This document shows, in pieces, positions 25,301 to 40,300 of a stretch of 64,000 nt of DNA. A program made the translations under genes and the position numbers. The notes below the pieces were generated by a model. That model did no database searches, was not told the origin of the DNA, and saw only the letters and a list, made by a program, of their open reading frames with translations. Position 1 is the first letter of the stretch. The number at the start of each line of letters is the position of its first letter. Location: assembly GCA_001642005.1 (NCBI GenBank), contig LWCA01000020.1, positions 17,708 through 81,707 of the forward strand. The letters run 5' to 3'. The DNA comes from Intoshia linei (Eukaryota; Animalia; Orthonectida).

Positions 25301-28300
25301 TTGGTAGTGTTTTGAACTTTTTTTATTGTAGTAATGTAGTGTTTTTTGATAGTGGTAAGAACTGTTTCTTCCTTAATGTTTGGCATTTGATTTACTCAAA
25401 TTTGATTTTTTGTTCGGAGCTCATGGTACAATGTACATTAGGGCAGTTTCGAATCTACTGTATTTGAGACCCTCTTCGAGTACCTCAACGAATTTTTTGT
25501 AAAATGGCTTCACATCTCAACGGGTCTGGACTGGACAATTTCAAAAATATATTTTTTTAAATACTCAATTTAGAAAAATAAGGCCCCTTTTTATAAAAAC
25601 TGCGTTATACTCACCCAATGCCAAACCTACAGTACCCGATATCCTCTTGTACTATTAGTTGAAAAATAAACAATATTTTTTAATAGAGAATGACGGAAAT
25701 ATCAACAATCAATATGACACCAGATTCTGGAACAACGTTAAGAAAAATTTTAAAATTAGAATTGGACCCATATATGGAAGAATTTGAACAAATTAGCATA
25801 GCTGCTTCAAAGGTAATTTTTAATTTCACGAATCGTTTACAAAATTACATCCTATTTATTGATATTTATAATTATAAAAGCATGTCTATTTAAATCCAAG
25901 CATTTTAACTATAATCTGACCATTTTTACTAAAAATCAAAATTTAACAATGCTTTAGGGAAAATTCCTGTTTTACCTAACCCTATAGGAAAAATCCCACT
26001 TTTACCAACTTTTTAGGGAAAATCTAATTTCACCAACCCTTAGGAGAAAAATTAAGTCTTACCAACCCTAAAACGAAAAAATGCAGTTAAGGTTTTACCT
26101 TTTAGGGTTGGATTATATGGGTTATAAAAATGGATTTTTCGTTTTAGGGTTAGTAAAATTGGATTTTCCCTAAAAAGTTAGTAAAAGTGGGATTTTTCCT
26201 TAAGGGTTGGTAAAATTGGAATTTTCCCTAAAGAGATTGTAAAAGTGGGTTTTTTCCTTAATAGTTGGTAAAATTGGAATTTTTTTTTTTAAGATTGGTA
26301 AAAGTGGATTTTTAGTAAAAATGGTTGGATTCAAAAATATTCTCATTACAAAATATACAACAGAATCGATAAGACAAGTATCGTGTGATGGATTGTAGTT
26401 GACTCGTATTTTTAAATTTTTATTAATATATTAGCCCACCGTCACATTTTGAATATAAATTTCGGCTTACCTAAAAAATTTTTTTTAATGATTTATAGTG
26501 ACAATGTGATATATACAGATTTTAATAACTAAAAAAATTATTAATTCATTTTATTTCATTATGTTAAATAAATAATAATTATTATTATTATATTATTTTT
26601 ATGGAAATAAATGTGATTATTTGTAGGAACATTCTTTGGAAAGAAATATGGTTAAAATGAATGATGAATGGGAGGAAGTGTATTTTGGTTTAGGAAATTA
26701 CAGAGAATCTGAAATTTCAATACTATCATCAGTAGATGATATTCAATTATTACTAGAGGATCAAATAATTAAAACACAAACAATGAGAGGTTCACCGTTT
26801 ATTAAACCATTTCAAGTTGAAATAAAAGTAATTTTACTAATTTTAAATTTAAATGGTGGATTTCCGGTCGGTTCCGTGATTGTTATGAAATTCCATAATC
26901 ACGGAACAGGTATTAAAAATATACAAACTTGTCAAAACAGATATATTCTAATAAAAGTATAATAAAATCTAATGTAATTCATACAAATCTATGTTAAAAC
27001 GTTATGTACAAACTTATGTATATCTACGTAGGAATGGGAAATGAAACTTATTCGAATGCAAAATACAATTGATCAATGGTTAAAGGTTGATTTTTAAATA
27101 TTAAAAATTAAAAATATTTATATATTAAGGTTCAATCTCAATGGTTGTATTTGGAACCCATTTTTTGTAGTGCTGACATCATGTCCCAAATGCCTGAAGA
27201 AGGTCGTTTATTTAAAACTGTTGACAGAACGTGGCGAGATGTGATGAAAAATACAAAAATTAATTCAAAAGTATAATAATATAATACACGTATTAATGTA
27301 CATTATACATTAAGGGTATTTGGAATAGCCTATTCCAATTTAGACTTTTTTTGAAATTTAAAAAAGACATATACATAATAATCTCTTTTTAATATGCTGC
27401 AGAATGATATAATTGTTTTTATTTTTGTCACAAAAAACCCCCGCGTCTTTACCTTTTTCTGTTTTCCTAACATTTTTCATAAAAGAAAAATATGGCAACA
27501 TTCTTTATCCCGTAGTTGCCATGCATTTGTTATAATTCTAAGATAAAACATATATCATGTGACACTTATCATATTAATTAAAAAATATCACTAAAAAATC
27601 GTTTATTTTAGACACAGTTCACGGACAAACTTTTCGTCATCTTTAAAAAAATTATATTTAAAAAACAGACACTAATTTATATGAACTGGGTCATAATATT
27701 TTAAATTCTTCTACTCAAGTATTTTTTATGTACTATTGTAAAAAAATAATTTTGTCAAGTTAATAAAATTAAAAGTAACACGAATTTAAAAATGATGAAA
27801 TAATTGAAATGTGGTCTTTAAAAAATTCTAAGGGTGGTAGTTATTTCAATAAAGTCAGACACACAGACAGACAGACACACAAACAACAATCGCGTAGCAT
27901 ATTATATAAGTTAGGATATATTATCTTTATCATATTAAAAAAAATTATTTATTTTACTATAAATAGGTTATTCATGCCGCAACTTTGCCGAATCTATTGG
28001 AACGGTTGACTGATGCTAATGTTTTGTTGGAAAAAATAAATAAAGGATTAAATAATTATTTGGAAAATAAAAGATTATATTTTTCAAGGTTTTTTAACTT
28101 TATTTAAGAAGTCCCATGCAGTCTCAATCTACCATATCTAGATTCCTCTTTGGTGAATCGATGAAATTTTAGTAAAATGGGCCTCATTATTCGAAATTGA
28201 GTATTAAAAAAATGTATTCATGAATATCATAATTATTTTGTGCATTGAATTTAAAATGTAAAGCCAAGACCCTTGGATAGGTGGATATGGGTATCTGACA

Positions 28301-31300
28301 CTACGTATCGTTAGCAAAAAAAAATTGGGCCTAATTTTGTTTTTTGGGTGGCCTCCAGTTTGGAAAGTTTTGCTCTGGTCTCATAGACTAATTATTAGTC
28401 TTATAAGAAGATTGTCAGAGAATTATAAAACACATTAAGTAATATAATATTGTTAGATTGATATACTCAATTTCTCGATCATATTTTTATCAAAGGTGCA
28501 TTTTTCACGAAATCTAAATGGTTTTAGAGACAATCTTCTGATAAAATTTACAAATTTAAATTTGAATTAATTTTTATTTTAAATTTAAATTTTAGATTTT
28601 TTTTCTTATCAAATGATGAAATGCTTGAAATATTATCAGAAACAAAAGACCCGAAACGTGTTCAACCTCATTGTAACTCAAAATTTTATAATTTTATAAT
28701 AATGTTTAGTGAAAAAATGTTTTGAAGGAATTGATAAATTACAATTTGATAAAGACATGGATATATTGGCAATGATTAGCAGTGAAGGAGAAAAAATTAA
28801 ATTGAGTATTATATTATTATATATAACTACATACAATGTATATAATATATTGTATATTACGTTGATTACGCTATAATTAATAACGAAAAATTAGGTATTA
28901 AAGTGTCCACATCTGCGACAAAAGGTTTAGTTGAAAAATGGCTTCTTCTAGTACAAGAATCAATGTTATTGTCAATTCATGATGTTATAAATCAAGCCAG
29001 AATTGTATTGAATTAACAATCCATTTTCTATTTTTTTAACATTTTTAGGCATACACTGAAAACGAAAGATGTGACTGGGTTCGTGTATGGCCAGGTCAAA
29101 TTGTTTTATGTGTATCTCAAATTTATTGGAGTGCCGACATTGAAGCTATTTTAATTGACGGTGGTGATAAAAAGGGCATTATAAATTATGGAAAGCAATT
29201 GGATGAACAGCTTAATGATATTGTAAATCTTGTCAGAGGAAAATTAAATAAACAAGAAAGGATCACACTAGGTAAATTTAAACAAATTTGACTTTATATA
29301 AGATTCTGATACTTTGATTATGACACTTTAATTAGTTTTTACTATCCCATTTTGTGTCGCGTGCATTTTTTATTTTTTTTATTAATTTTTTTATATTAAT
29401 TGAAAGTGAGCTAATTCACAAAATTAAAAAGGTCGACCCACCGATTCAATATCGTTGTTTAAATATTATGTAATGTAATTCAGGAGCACTGGTTGTCATT
29501 GATGTTCACGCAAGAGATGTTCTTTATGATTTGGTGAATAAAAACGTCACGAATGAATTAGATTTTAATTGGTTATGTCAACTGAGGTATTATTGGGAAG
29601 ACAAGTGCACTGTTAAAATAGTTAATGCCATGATGAATTATGGATGTGAATATTTGGGAAATAGGTACATTATCATTTATAAAACAAAACAGATTATAAA
29701 GTTAAAAAAACTAAGTCTAAAATCTAACTTAAAAATCCTACTATTCACTATTATCAATCCGCTCAAGAAGTGGTTTCCAAACTTGTTTGAGATGGAAGCG
29801 TCATATCACATTATTTTTTACTATAAAGTGAATTAATCCATCTTAATTTTTTGTTTGTTAACATTTGCGTAAAGTATTTTAAAAAAAATTGTTATCCCAT
29901 TTTTATATTTATTAGATAGAATGTGTGTATAATATAAAAATAAAGTAAAAACAGTCCAATCCTAAAAATTGTCATAAATAGCATAAATTCCAGAAAAAAT
30001 AAAATTAAGAAACCTATTTTGTCATTTTCAATGTGATGACATATATTCAGTATCAATTTAATAAATAAATCCTAAAAATTGTCATAAATAGCATAAATTC
30101 CAGAAAAAATAAAATTATAAACTATTTTGCCATTTTCAATGTGATGATATATATTCAGTACCAATTTAATAAATACTTAAAATTACCAATTATGTATCAA
30201 TAATTAACGGAATCTTCACTTTATAAACATATTTCAGACAAATTTTACTAATATTGCATAGGATTGTAATATAATAAAAATAAAAATAGCAAAGTTGTAT
30301 TACTTTTAGTTTCGTTGTTGTAGTTTAAATTTGAAATAAAATGTTGTGAAAATGAGAATTTGAAATTTAAAAATTGCGTAGCAATGAAAAAAATTCTGAA
30401 GGAATGAATTATATAAATTTTCATTCATATTTCTTTATTACAAATGTGTAGACGTTCAATTCACATTTTTTTTGAAATTTTAGAATCAATATTTACATTT
30501 TCAATTTTTATTTTAATCGAAATATTTGAAAAATGTTGGTTGATAATATATTAAAAAATTTTTTTTATTGGGAATGCGTAGATTTCAGGGGTTGAAATTT
30601 TGTATTTATGTTAACTGGAATAAGCTCTATCCAAATAAACTTTTTTTTAATTTTTGGACCGTTAATTATTTCACATTTTTTGTTTTAATAAAAAAAATAG
30701 TTTGGAAAAAAAAAATATGAATATTAAAATGCTTTTTTGGTCTTGAAGGCGTCATTTATTCATATTGAAATTTTTTGTTGTTGTTAACAGGAATTGGAAC
30801 CTGTAAATTTTTTTAAATTGTAGGGCTGTTATTATTAAAAAAAAAGGATAATTTGTGGTTTTGGCCCTGAAAATATAATTTTTTTAAATTTAAATTTATG
30901 ATAATGTTTATGATTTTAAAATCCGTATCAGCGTATATATTTTTTTAAATTCTCCAACTTGTTTAATTTTCAAAAAGAGGAACAACTGGGGTTTTTAACT
31001 CGTAAGGTATGAAATTGAGAGGTTGAAATTTATCTTATTAAACGTCCAAGAAAAAACTGTAATTGAAATGTGGTTTTTAAAAAATTCTAAGAGTAGTAGT
31101 TATTTCAATAAAGTGGAACACACAGACAGACACACACACACAAACAAAAATCGCGTAGCATATTATAATATAACTAACTTATATAATTATATAAGTTAGA
31201 ATTTACGAGCTGATTTTTTAAATTTTCTAATAAAAAAACGAATAACCGCATTAATTCATAAGTTAGTGATCCCTCTTAATAAAAAAACTTACTGTATTAT

Positions 31301-34300
31301 TAGTCATTAGAATAGTTCACACTTAAAAATGAATGACTACATATATATTTAATATTTAGTGGTCGATTAGTCATCACGCCGTTGACGGATCGATGCTATA
31401 GAACACTTATGGGAGCTTACCAACTTAATTTGAATGGGTAAATTTTAAAACCTTGTTGGATTATTTTCTTTACATATATATAAAAATATTTTTTTAAATT
31501 TATATTGTATAGTGCTCCAGAAGGTCCAGCAGGTACAGGTAAAACTGAAACGACTAAAGATTTGGCTAAAGCAATGGGAGTACATTGCGTTGTATTCAAT
31601 TGCTCCGATGGTTTAGATTACTTGGCAATGGGCAAGGTACATCACTTATTAACATAAACAAATATAATGTAAAAATTAGTTTTTTAAAGGATTAGCTGCA
31701 TCTGGTGCATGGGCATGTTTTGACGAATTCAACAGAATAGATTTGGAAGTATTATCTGTAGTAGCGCAACAAGTAATATACATCAATGTATACCATAGGT
31801 TCTTAATCTGGGTGCGGCAACCCAGTTTTTGGGGTGGCAGAAATTTTTTGAATAAAAATGAGTTTACAGTAGTGTCGTCATATTTCATACGTAGTAAATA
31901 CGTTAATATGTTACCTAGAACCAAAATTTCTCATTGTAAAAATTTATTGAGTTGCAAAACAAAGTTATGTCATTTCTACGTATTTGGAAGTTTTCCAAAT
32001 CTGTAGATTATCATAAATGCGTATTTATGTAAAGTAGCCAGAAAAAATACGTACTATCAATTTTAGTTTATTTGGTAATAAATTTAAAGCCAAAAATACT
32101 TATCTATGATGACGAATAAAAATGTTCGGCTTAAAATTTATTCCAAATAAACTAAAAGTGATAGTACGTATTTTTCAGGCCACTTTTATTTATGGCTATT
32201 GGCCACACTACTTTACAGTTATCTTTTTTAAACTTATTTTGAGATTTCAAAAATAAAGTTAAATTAATCTCAAATTCTGTTTATTAATACATAACATGTT
32301 TATATATGTAATATATGTTTAACATATGTAAAAAAAAGAAATAGAGTGATGGATTCACTAAAATAAATGATATTGAAAAATCCACAAACCACAGTTTTTT
32401 TATGTTCAGAGATTTTTTCTAATTCAAATTTCATCTATAGAGCGATTTTTTTAACCGTAGTTATAATATTACAATTTTTGGGGTACAAAATCGAATTTTA
32501 TTGAATTAAGGGTGGCAAATAGCAAAATGTTAAGAATCCATGATGTATACCGTAAAGATGATGGATTTTGTTTTATACTAATTTAATAATTATTTTATTA
32601 TCAATAATATGTTTAATACCTGTTTAATAATATGTTTAGATTCTTTACATTATCCGTGCCATACAAGCAGATTTGAAACGATTTATATTTGAAGGAACTG
32701 AAATTGACTTGAATAAAAACTGTTATGTAGCAATAACAATGAATCCTGGATATGCAGGTCGTAGCGAATTACCTGACAACCTTAAAGCTCTATTCCGAAC
32801 TGTCGCAGTAATATTTTACATTTAACTAAAAAATTAAAAAAATCAAAATTTAAATCAAACTGTTAGATGATGGTTCCAGAATATGCGATGATTGGAGAAA
32901 TTATGCTGTATTCTTTTGGATTCATGAATGCACGAAATTTGTCTGTTAAAATTTGCACTACGTATAGATTGTGCTCGGAACAATTATCTACTCAACCTCA
33001 TTATGATTATGGCATGAGAGCAGTTAAAGCTGTTTTATCGGCTGCCGGAAACTTAAAATTGAAATTTCCAAATGAAAATGAAGATATCTTGGTAAAAAAA
33101 TTTAGTTAATTTTAATTTAATTTAATTAATGTTTAAAAGGTATTTTGATATGTTGATATTTAGTTATTGAGATCGATTAAAGACGTAAACTTGCCTAAAT
33201 TTTTATCTCACGATATACCCCTTTTCGATGGAATTATATCGGACCTTTTTCCAGGCATTGATTTGAAAGATGCCGATTATAGTCTATTTTTGAAAATTGT
33301 TAATCGGGTTTGCCAAGAAAATAATATTCAAAATGTGCCATTTTTTCGGCTAAAACTTATTCAATTGTATGAAATGATGATTGTTCGACATGGGTAATTT
33401 CCTTGATTAAAATTATTATATATTAAAATTTATTTATTTATTCAAAATCTATTTTAGTTTTATGCTTGTTGGAGAACCGTTCTCAGCTAAATCGACATTA
33501 CTACAAACTATTGCTACAACTCTTACAATAATGAGTCGAGAACAAACTATTTTTGATGAGAATAATCCGAGAGAAGAACCTGTTATTTTTCAAATTGTAA
33601 ATCCAAAATCAGTCGATTTAGGGCAATTGTATGGTAGATTCGACATTGTATCACATGAGGTAATTTAGTTTGTATATATGTGCGTTACAACGTAAATTTT
33701 TTTATATATTTAGTGGTCTGATGGAATAATTTCCAATATTTTTCGAGATTATGCTTCATCGAATAGTAATTTTTTCATTTTTTCTTTGGGTAATGTTGGC
33801 ATATGATAAAATTTAAGTTATCGTTTTGAGGATAAAACCGAATATTAAAATCTTGTTTTTTTTTCTTTTTATTTATCAAATTTCAAAAAGTAGAGTTGCT
33901 AATCTTATTGTTATTTTTATAATTAATATTATTATTAACAGTATTTTATGAATACTAATTAGTAATTAGTAAAATTTAAAATTTACATTAATAAAATAGG
34001 CAATGAACGTAAATGGATAATATTGGATGGTCCAGTTGACGCTGTGTGGATAGAAAGCATGAACACTGTAATTGATGAAATAGTTGTATACCTTTAGTTC
34101 AGTGGTTCCCGATTCAAATTGTGCACCGACCCCATTTCAAAAATTTATTTTTTTGAACTTCAAAAGGAAACATCAAATATATAACATTTATGAAAAAATT
34201 AATGGTTTTTTCTCATAAGATTTGGTAAATTAGTGTTTTCAAAAAAATATTGGAAAAAAGATATTTTTCCTTAATTTAGGTTGGTAAAATTTCATTTTTT

Positions 34301-37300
34301 ATGTTGGGTTTGGGATTAAGAAGTTGTTGCTCATAAGATTTGGTCAAATCGAATTTTTCACTTAATTTAGGTTGGTAAAATCGAATTTTTCACTTAATTT
34401 AAGTTGGTAAAATCGAATTTTTCCCTGATGGTTTTAAATAATTTTTTTTATAAATTTTATTAAGGGTGGGATTAATAGTTGATTTAAGAAATAATAACTT
34501 AGAGGTCGTCTAGGCTTTAGGACAGGGGTCGGCAACCAGGGGTCAACAGAATAATATTGGTAGCTCTTTGAATAAAAATATTTCATTTATTTAATTATAA
34601 ATTTATCAACTTTTAAAAACTTTTCTACCATAATTGGTTTATTTTAATCATTTTAACTCTCAATTTTCAGATTGCTTTTGATATTATTTTGTTGAATGTG
34701 CTCGAACATTGTACCGTTTCTCTTCTGTTAAAATGGAAATTTATCATGTATACATTTTCAAAAACGGGCTCTGTATAATTTTTTGATAAAAAAAAAAGTG
34801 GCCCACGAGACGCAAAATGTTTCCGACTCCGTCTTTAAGATAAATTCTCAACATGTGGCAACTCTGTAATAAATATTAAAAATTCTAATATTAAACAAAA
34901 GTTGATAAAATTTTTTTTATAGTTTATTTGAATCTCGCGGATCCCAAGGCATATAGTTTATAACCACAGGGGGTCCAGGGACCCCAATGGGAAACCACTG
35001 CTTTAGTTGCTCAAGTTAAACGTTAACATTTAATTTATATCCAAATTAAGCCGTTATAATGATTAATAGTTATCATTGTATTGTGTATACAATTCATTGA
35101 ATAGTAATGTATTGTTTAATTATTAAATTAGGTACTGGACGACAACAAAAAATTATGTTTAGTGAGTGGAGAAGTAATTCAAATGTCATCGAACATGAGT
35201 CTAATTTTTGAAACTTTGGATTTACTACAAGCTTCAGTATATTTTTTGAAATTTTTTATTAAATTAATGACAATATATTTCTGACAATATTCTTATCAAC
35301 CCTTATAAAATTTAAATTAGCCAGCAACTGTCAGTAGATGTGGAATGATTTATCTTGAACCTACGTCATTGGGTTGGAAACCTTTGTTTGATTCTTGGAT
35401 TAATACTTGGAAAGATGATTTCAAAGAAGAGCACATTGAATTGGTTCAATTATTATTCAATTGGTTAGTTAATCCGTGTCTAGATTTTATTAAAAAAAAT
35501 TGTCAGGTATATTTATACAATATTAATTATTATTAACTTTCCTAGATGTATATGGAATGTGGTCAAATTCATTTTGTCAAATCATTAATGAATTTGGTTT
35601 ATATTTTAATAAAAAGTAGTTTGGATGCCGATAGTGGAAATCAACGATATTTTAGACATTATATTCAAGTATTATATCAATATTTTTATTCATCTACTCT
35701 CCATGTATTATAATTACAATTATATGTTAAATGATATTTTTAATTGGTATATTAATTTTATAAATTATTTTTAAATTTTGTGGCCCATTCTGACTTTTTA
35801 ATAATCATGATAAGATGTATCAATGGATTCTTTTGATTACTACTATTTAATAATAATCAATTTTTAGGCTGCAATGATGTTTGGGTTGGCATGGTCTTTA
35901 GGAGGATTATTGGATCAAACCAGTCGCCCTAAATTTGATGTATTTTTACGAAATTTACATGAAAATAAAAATGAAGATTATCCTATTCCAAATGATTTAG
36001 GTGTTGTGTCCGAAGTCGTTTTACCAGAAAAAGGAGTGATTTATGATTATTTCTATGAGGTAATTATCAATGTGATTATTTAGTTTATCATAATATTGTA
36101 ATTCCCGTATTGAACCAGACAAGAAAAAATTCATTTTTTTTCTTTAACATACATTATATTTATATGTACGTTATAAGAATGTTACTTCAAGTCTTCTTTT
36201 AATTATGGGCAATTCAAATAGATTTAATAAAATTAATATTAATTAATTTTAATTATACTATGGATCATAAAATTAGGAACAAACCTGTACGTACATGTTC
36301 ATGATTTTAAAATCTGTATCAATAAGAGTGTATATTTTTTTAGGTTTAAAGATCGTTTGATGTTTAAAAAAAAAGAATAGTTAAAGTAATGACCGGGAAG
36401 ATGTAAGTTTCTGAAATTGAAATTTTTGTTTTGAATTAATTTTATTTTGTTAACATTTGTGTAAAAACTTTTAAAAACCATTTGATGATGTGATTTTTTT
36501 TAATTTATTAAAAAGAATAAGTGTATTTTTTTTGAAGGGTTTTTTATTGAAGCAATTTTTTTCTACCCAATTTTTAAGATTTTTATGATAATTCATCGAC
36601 CAAAACTTTTTAGGATTTTTAAGGGAATATTTTGAACATTTCAAGGTATCTTCAAAATATTTAAAAATTGGATAAAAAAAAGGTCCCTTTACAATTTTGA
36701 TGGAAAAATTATCATAAAAATATTTAAAAATTAAATAGATAAAAATTGCTCCCTTAAAACCCTTTCAAAATTTTAGTCGAAAAATTATCATGAAAATCTT
36801 TAAACATTGAATAAAAAAAAAAATGTCTCCCTTAAAACCCCTTCAAAATTTTCGTCGAGTAATTATAAAAATATTTAAAATTGGGTAAAAAAAATCTATT
36901 AAAAACCCAACCAAATTTTGGACCCAAAATTATAATCAATTTCTTTAAAAATTAGGCAAAAAACTTTACCCAAAGAAACCACAAAAATTTTTTGAAAAAA
37001 TGAATAATATGATAAATTAGTTAAATCCGTAGTAGCGCTCCACAATACATCGCTCAAATTAATGTCACTCTAGCTGTCTGTAATCTCAGGGATGCCCAAC
37101 CTGTCGATCACAGATAATTTTTTTCTCCAAAATTAAAAAATTAAAATTTGTACGTATGTAACTTGTTTATGTCGTTATCTAATAAATAAATTAGGTCACC
37201 ATTTCTTAAACTAGGTGTTGCCGATAATTTTCAAATTTACAGTGTTAGTGCTTAGAATTATTCCTAATTTTAATTTTTATGTTTTCTACGATCTCATTAA

Positions 37301-40300
37301 AAAATATTTAGTTAATCATTTTTTATTGCATATTTTTGCAAGGCTATTTTTTGGAAATAGGTTCCGATCAGAAATATTTTTTTAGTCAATGTATTAGTCG
37401 ATCACATCAAAGAAAGGTTAGACAGTGTCCAATGGACTCCCCTGCTCTAGAGAATGGACTTTTTTAAATAAATATATATAAATATAAACTAAAGGTGAAT
37501 TGGATTTTTGACCCTGAAAAATCCATTTCGTAAAATGAAATTTATGATAATCCATCACTCTTAAAAACTGTATTAAAAACTGGGTCTTTTAAATTCTAGG
37601 ATTCAATTTAATTTAATTTTTCAATAAAACGCTAACACACTGAAAAAAAATGGTATAGGTTTATATGTTGATAATTCCTGTTTTACCAGGACCGTGGATA
37701 GCCAGCAGTAGGCGCGGTCAGATAGATATTGTTGGGTTCTATGATTTTTTTAAATTTGGACGTCTATACATTGTTTAATCGATCGTTTGATGCCTAAAAT
37801 AAAAATAACTGTTGCAAATTGCATTAGTCATCATAATTTTGACATAATTAAGAAATTTTCCAACATTACCTATTAATAAATTAAAATATTAGACCCATCA
37901 TGATTGTAGACAATATTGACCCTTAGCCCATCCTTTGCACGGACCATGGTCTTACCGAATAATTAATTACCTTATACTCTATACTTAGACAAAGGCTCGA
38001 GGTAAATGGAAAACTTGGTTTGATCAAATAAAAAATATTCATTTACAACCTACCAAAAATATTCAAAACATAATGGTACCAACAATCGACACTGCTCGTT
38101 ACAGTTTTTTAATGGACTTGTTTATAAAATACGAAATTCCCATGTTATTTGTTGGTCTCACTGGAACTGGTAAAAGTATTTACGTTCAAAAAAAATTAAT
38201 GGATGATTTATCAAGAGATAAATACATGCCAATGTTTATCAATTTTTCTGCGCAAACTTCAACGGATCAATTTCAAATGTTGTTATTATCAAAATTGGAT
38301 AAAAAGGGGAAAGGAACGTATGGTCCACCAGTCGGAAAAAAGGCAATTATATTTGTAGATGATGTCAATATACCTACTCCCACAAAATACTTTTCTCAGC
38401 CACCTGTCGAACTATACAGACAAATTCTTGATCAAGGTTACATGTACAACACTCAGGATACAAGTAAAATAAATTTAAAGGACGTATTGTTTGTCAGTGC
38501 CATGAACCCGCCTGGAGGAAGTAAACATTCCGTTTCACGAAGATTTATGCATTACTTTAATATCATGTCTATAGAATCATTCAGTGACGAGTCTTTAACT
38601 AGAATATTTACCACAATGTATCGTTGCTATTTCAAGGTATGTAAAATTTTAAATGTTAAATAATGCTATAATGCGCTACCTTGTCATCACTTTTGTGTAC
38701 ATTTTACATTTTACATTACATCATAAAAAATTTCCGGGTAGGCGAAAGGTAATTTCTTTTTCTGAAATGGAGGTGCTTTCTTTTAAAGTTTGAGAACAAC
38801 TGTTATAATGTTTATTATTTAGGCTGTTGAAATGCCAAATGAATATCAAAAATTGGGAGACAACATTGTGGAAGCTACAAAACTAATTTACAAAAAATGT
38901 ATATCACATTTACTACCAACGCCAAACAAATCACATTACGTTTTTAATCTTAGAGATTTCAGTCGAATCATAAGCGGCGTTTGTTTATGTAAACGCGAAC
39001 AAATTCGAACCAAAACTCACCTTATTAGATTGTGGGTTCATGAATCTTTAAGAGTGTTTTATGATAGATTACTTGATGCAAATGACAGAGAATGGGTGGT
39101 AAACACTGTTAGAATAGTTACAGATAAAATTTTCAATGAAACCTTTGAAAAACTTTTCATGCATTTGCTGGAAAATGAAGAAGATCGAGTAAAATTATAT
39201 TTTATACTATGTAAATGTGTATTTAGGTATCTGAAAACGAAATTAGAAGTTTAATGTGGGGCGATTTCATGGATCCAGATGCAGACGACGAAAATAGAGT
39301 TTATCAGGAAGTTACATCTTTGAACGCATTCCTAGAAATTGTGCAACAAAAATTGGAAGAATACAATAATACCTTTAAAACCCCAATGAATCTTGTAATT
39401 TTTCGTTACGTCTTGGAACATTTATCCAGAATAAGTAGAATCATTCGCCTTTCCGGTGGCCATGCATTGTTAGTCGGAATGGGTGGCAGTGGTCGCCAAT
39501 CCTTAACACGATTAGCCGCGTATATGGCCAATATGAAGGTTTTTCAGCCAGAGATTTCTAAAAATTATGGTATTACCGAATGGCATGACGATTTAAAAAA
39601 AATATTAACACAAACTGGAGCAAATTCAATTCCAACCGTTTTTTTGTTGTCAGACAATCAAATCAAATATGAATCATTTCTGGAAGATTTAGACAGTCTT
39701 CTTAATTCTGGAGAAGTTCCAAATATATTTGCTAATGATGAAAAAGGAGAAATTATGGAAATGGTTAGACCTGCGGCACAATTAGAATTGGAAGAAGAAA
39801 ACGACGGTAAAAATGTTGATAATGAATTAAGCCCATTGGCTCTCTTTGCCTTCTTTGTTAGACAGACCAAAAAATATCTTCATATTGTACTCACATTTAG
39901 TCCAATTGGATCAGCGTTTCGAACAAGATTACCCAAATTCCCTTCTTTGATAAATTGTTGCACAATAGATTGGTTTCAGCCTTGGCCACAAGATGCCCTA
40001 CGAAAATTATCGAAAAGTTATTTGAATAAATCCAATATAGAAGATGAAGAGAAAATTGAATGCACTAATATGTGCACACTTTTTCATTCGACTGTCAAAG
40101 ATTTATCTGTAAAATTCAGACTTGAATGTGGACGATATAATTATGTTACCCCTACAAGCTATCTCGTGTTGATTGAACTATTTCAAAAATTGTTTAAATT
40201 TAAACAAACCAAAACAAGTCAGGAAAGAAAACGATATTTGGTCGGGTTGGAAAAATTAGCTTTTGCTTCCGAACAAATTGGTAAAATGCAAATTGAGTTG

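Noticed and set aside
27490-27525. X-box-like GGCAAC/GTTGCCATG sites
   Set aside because: They lie deep in a dynein intron within probable transposon sequence, not near a gene start.
33462-33500. Degenerate AAA2 Walker A (GEPFSAKS) in the dynein
   Set aside because: A degenerate P2 loop is recalled as normal for DNAH12-type chains, so it is not evidence of pseudogenisation.
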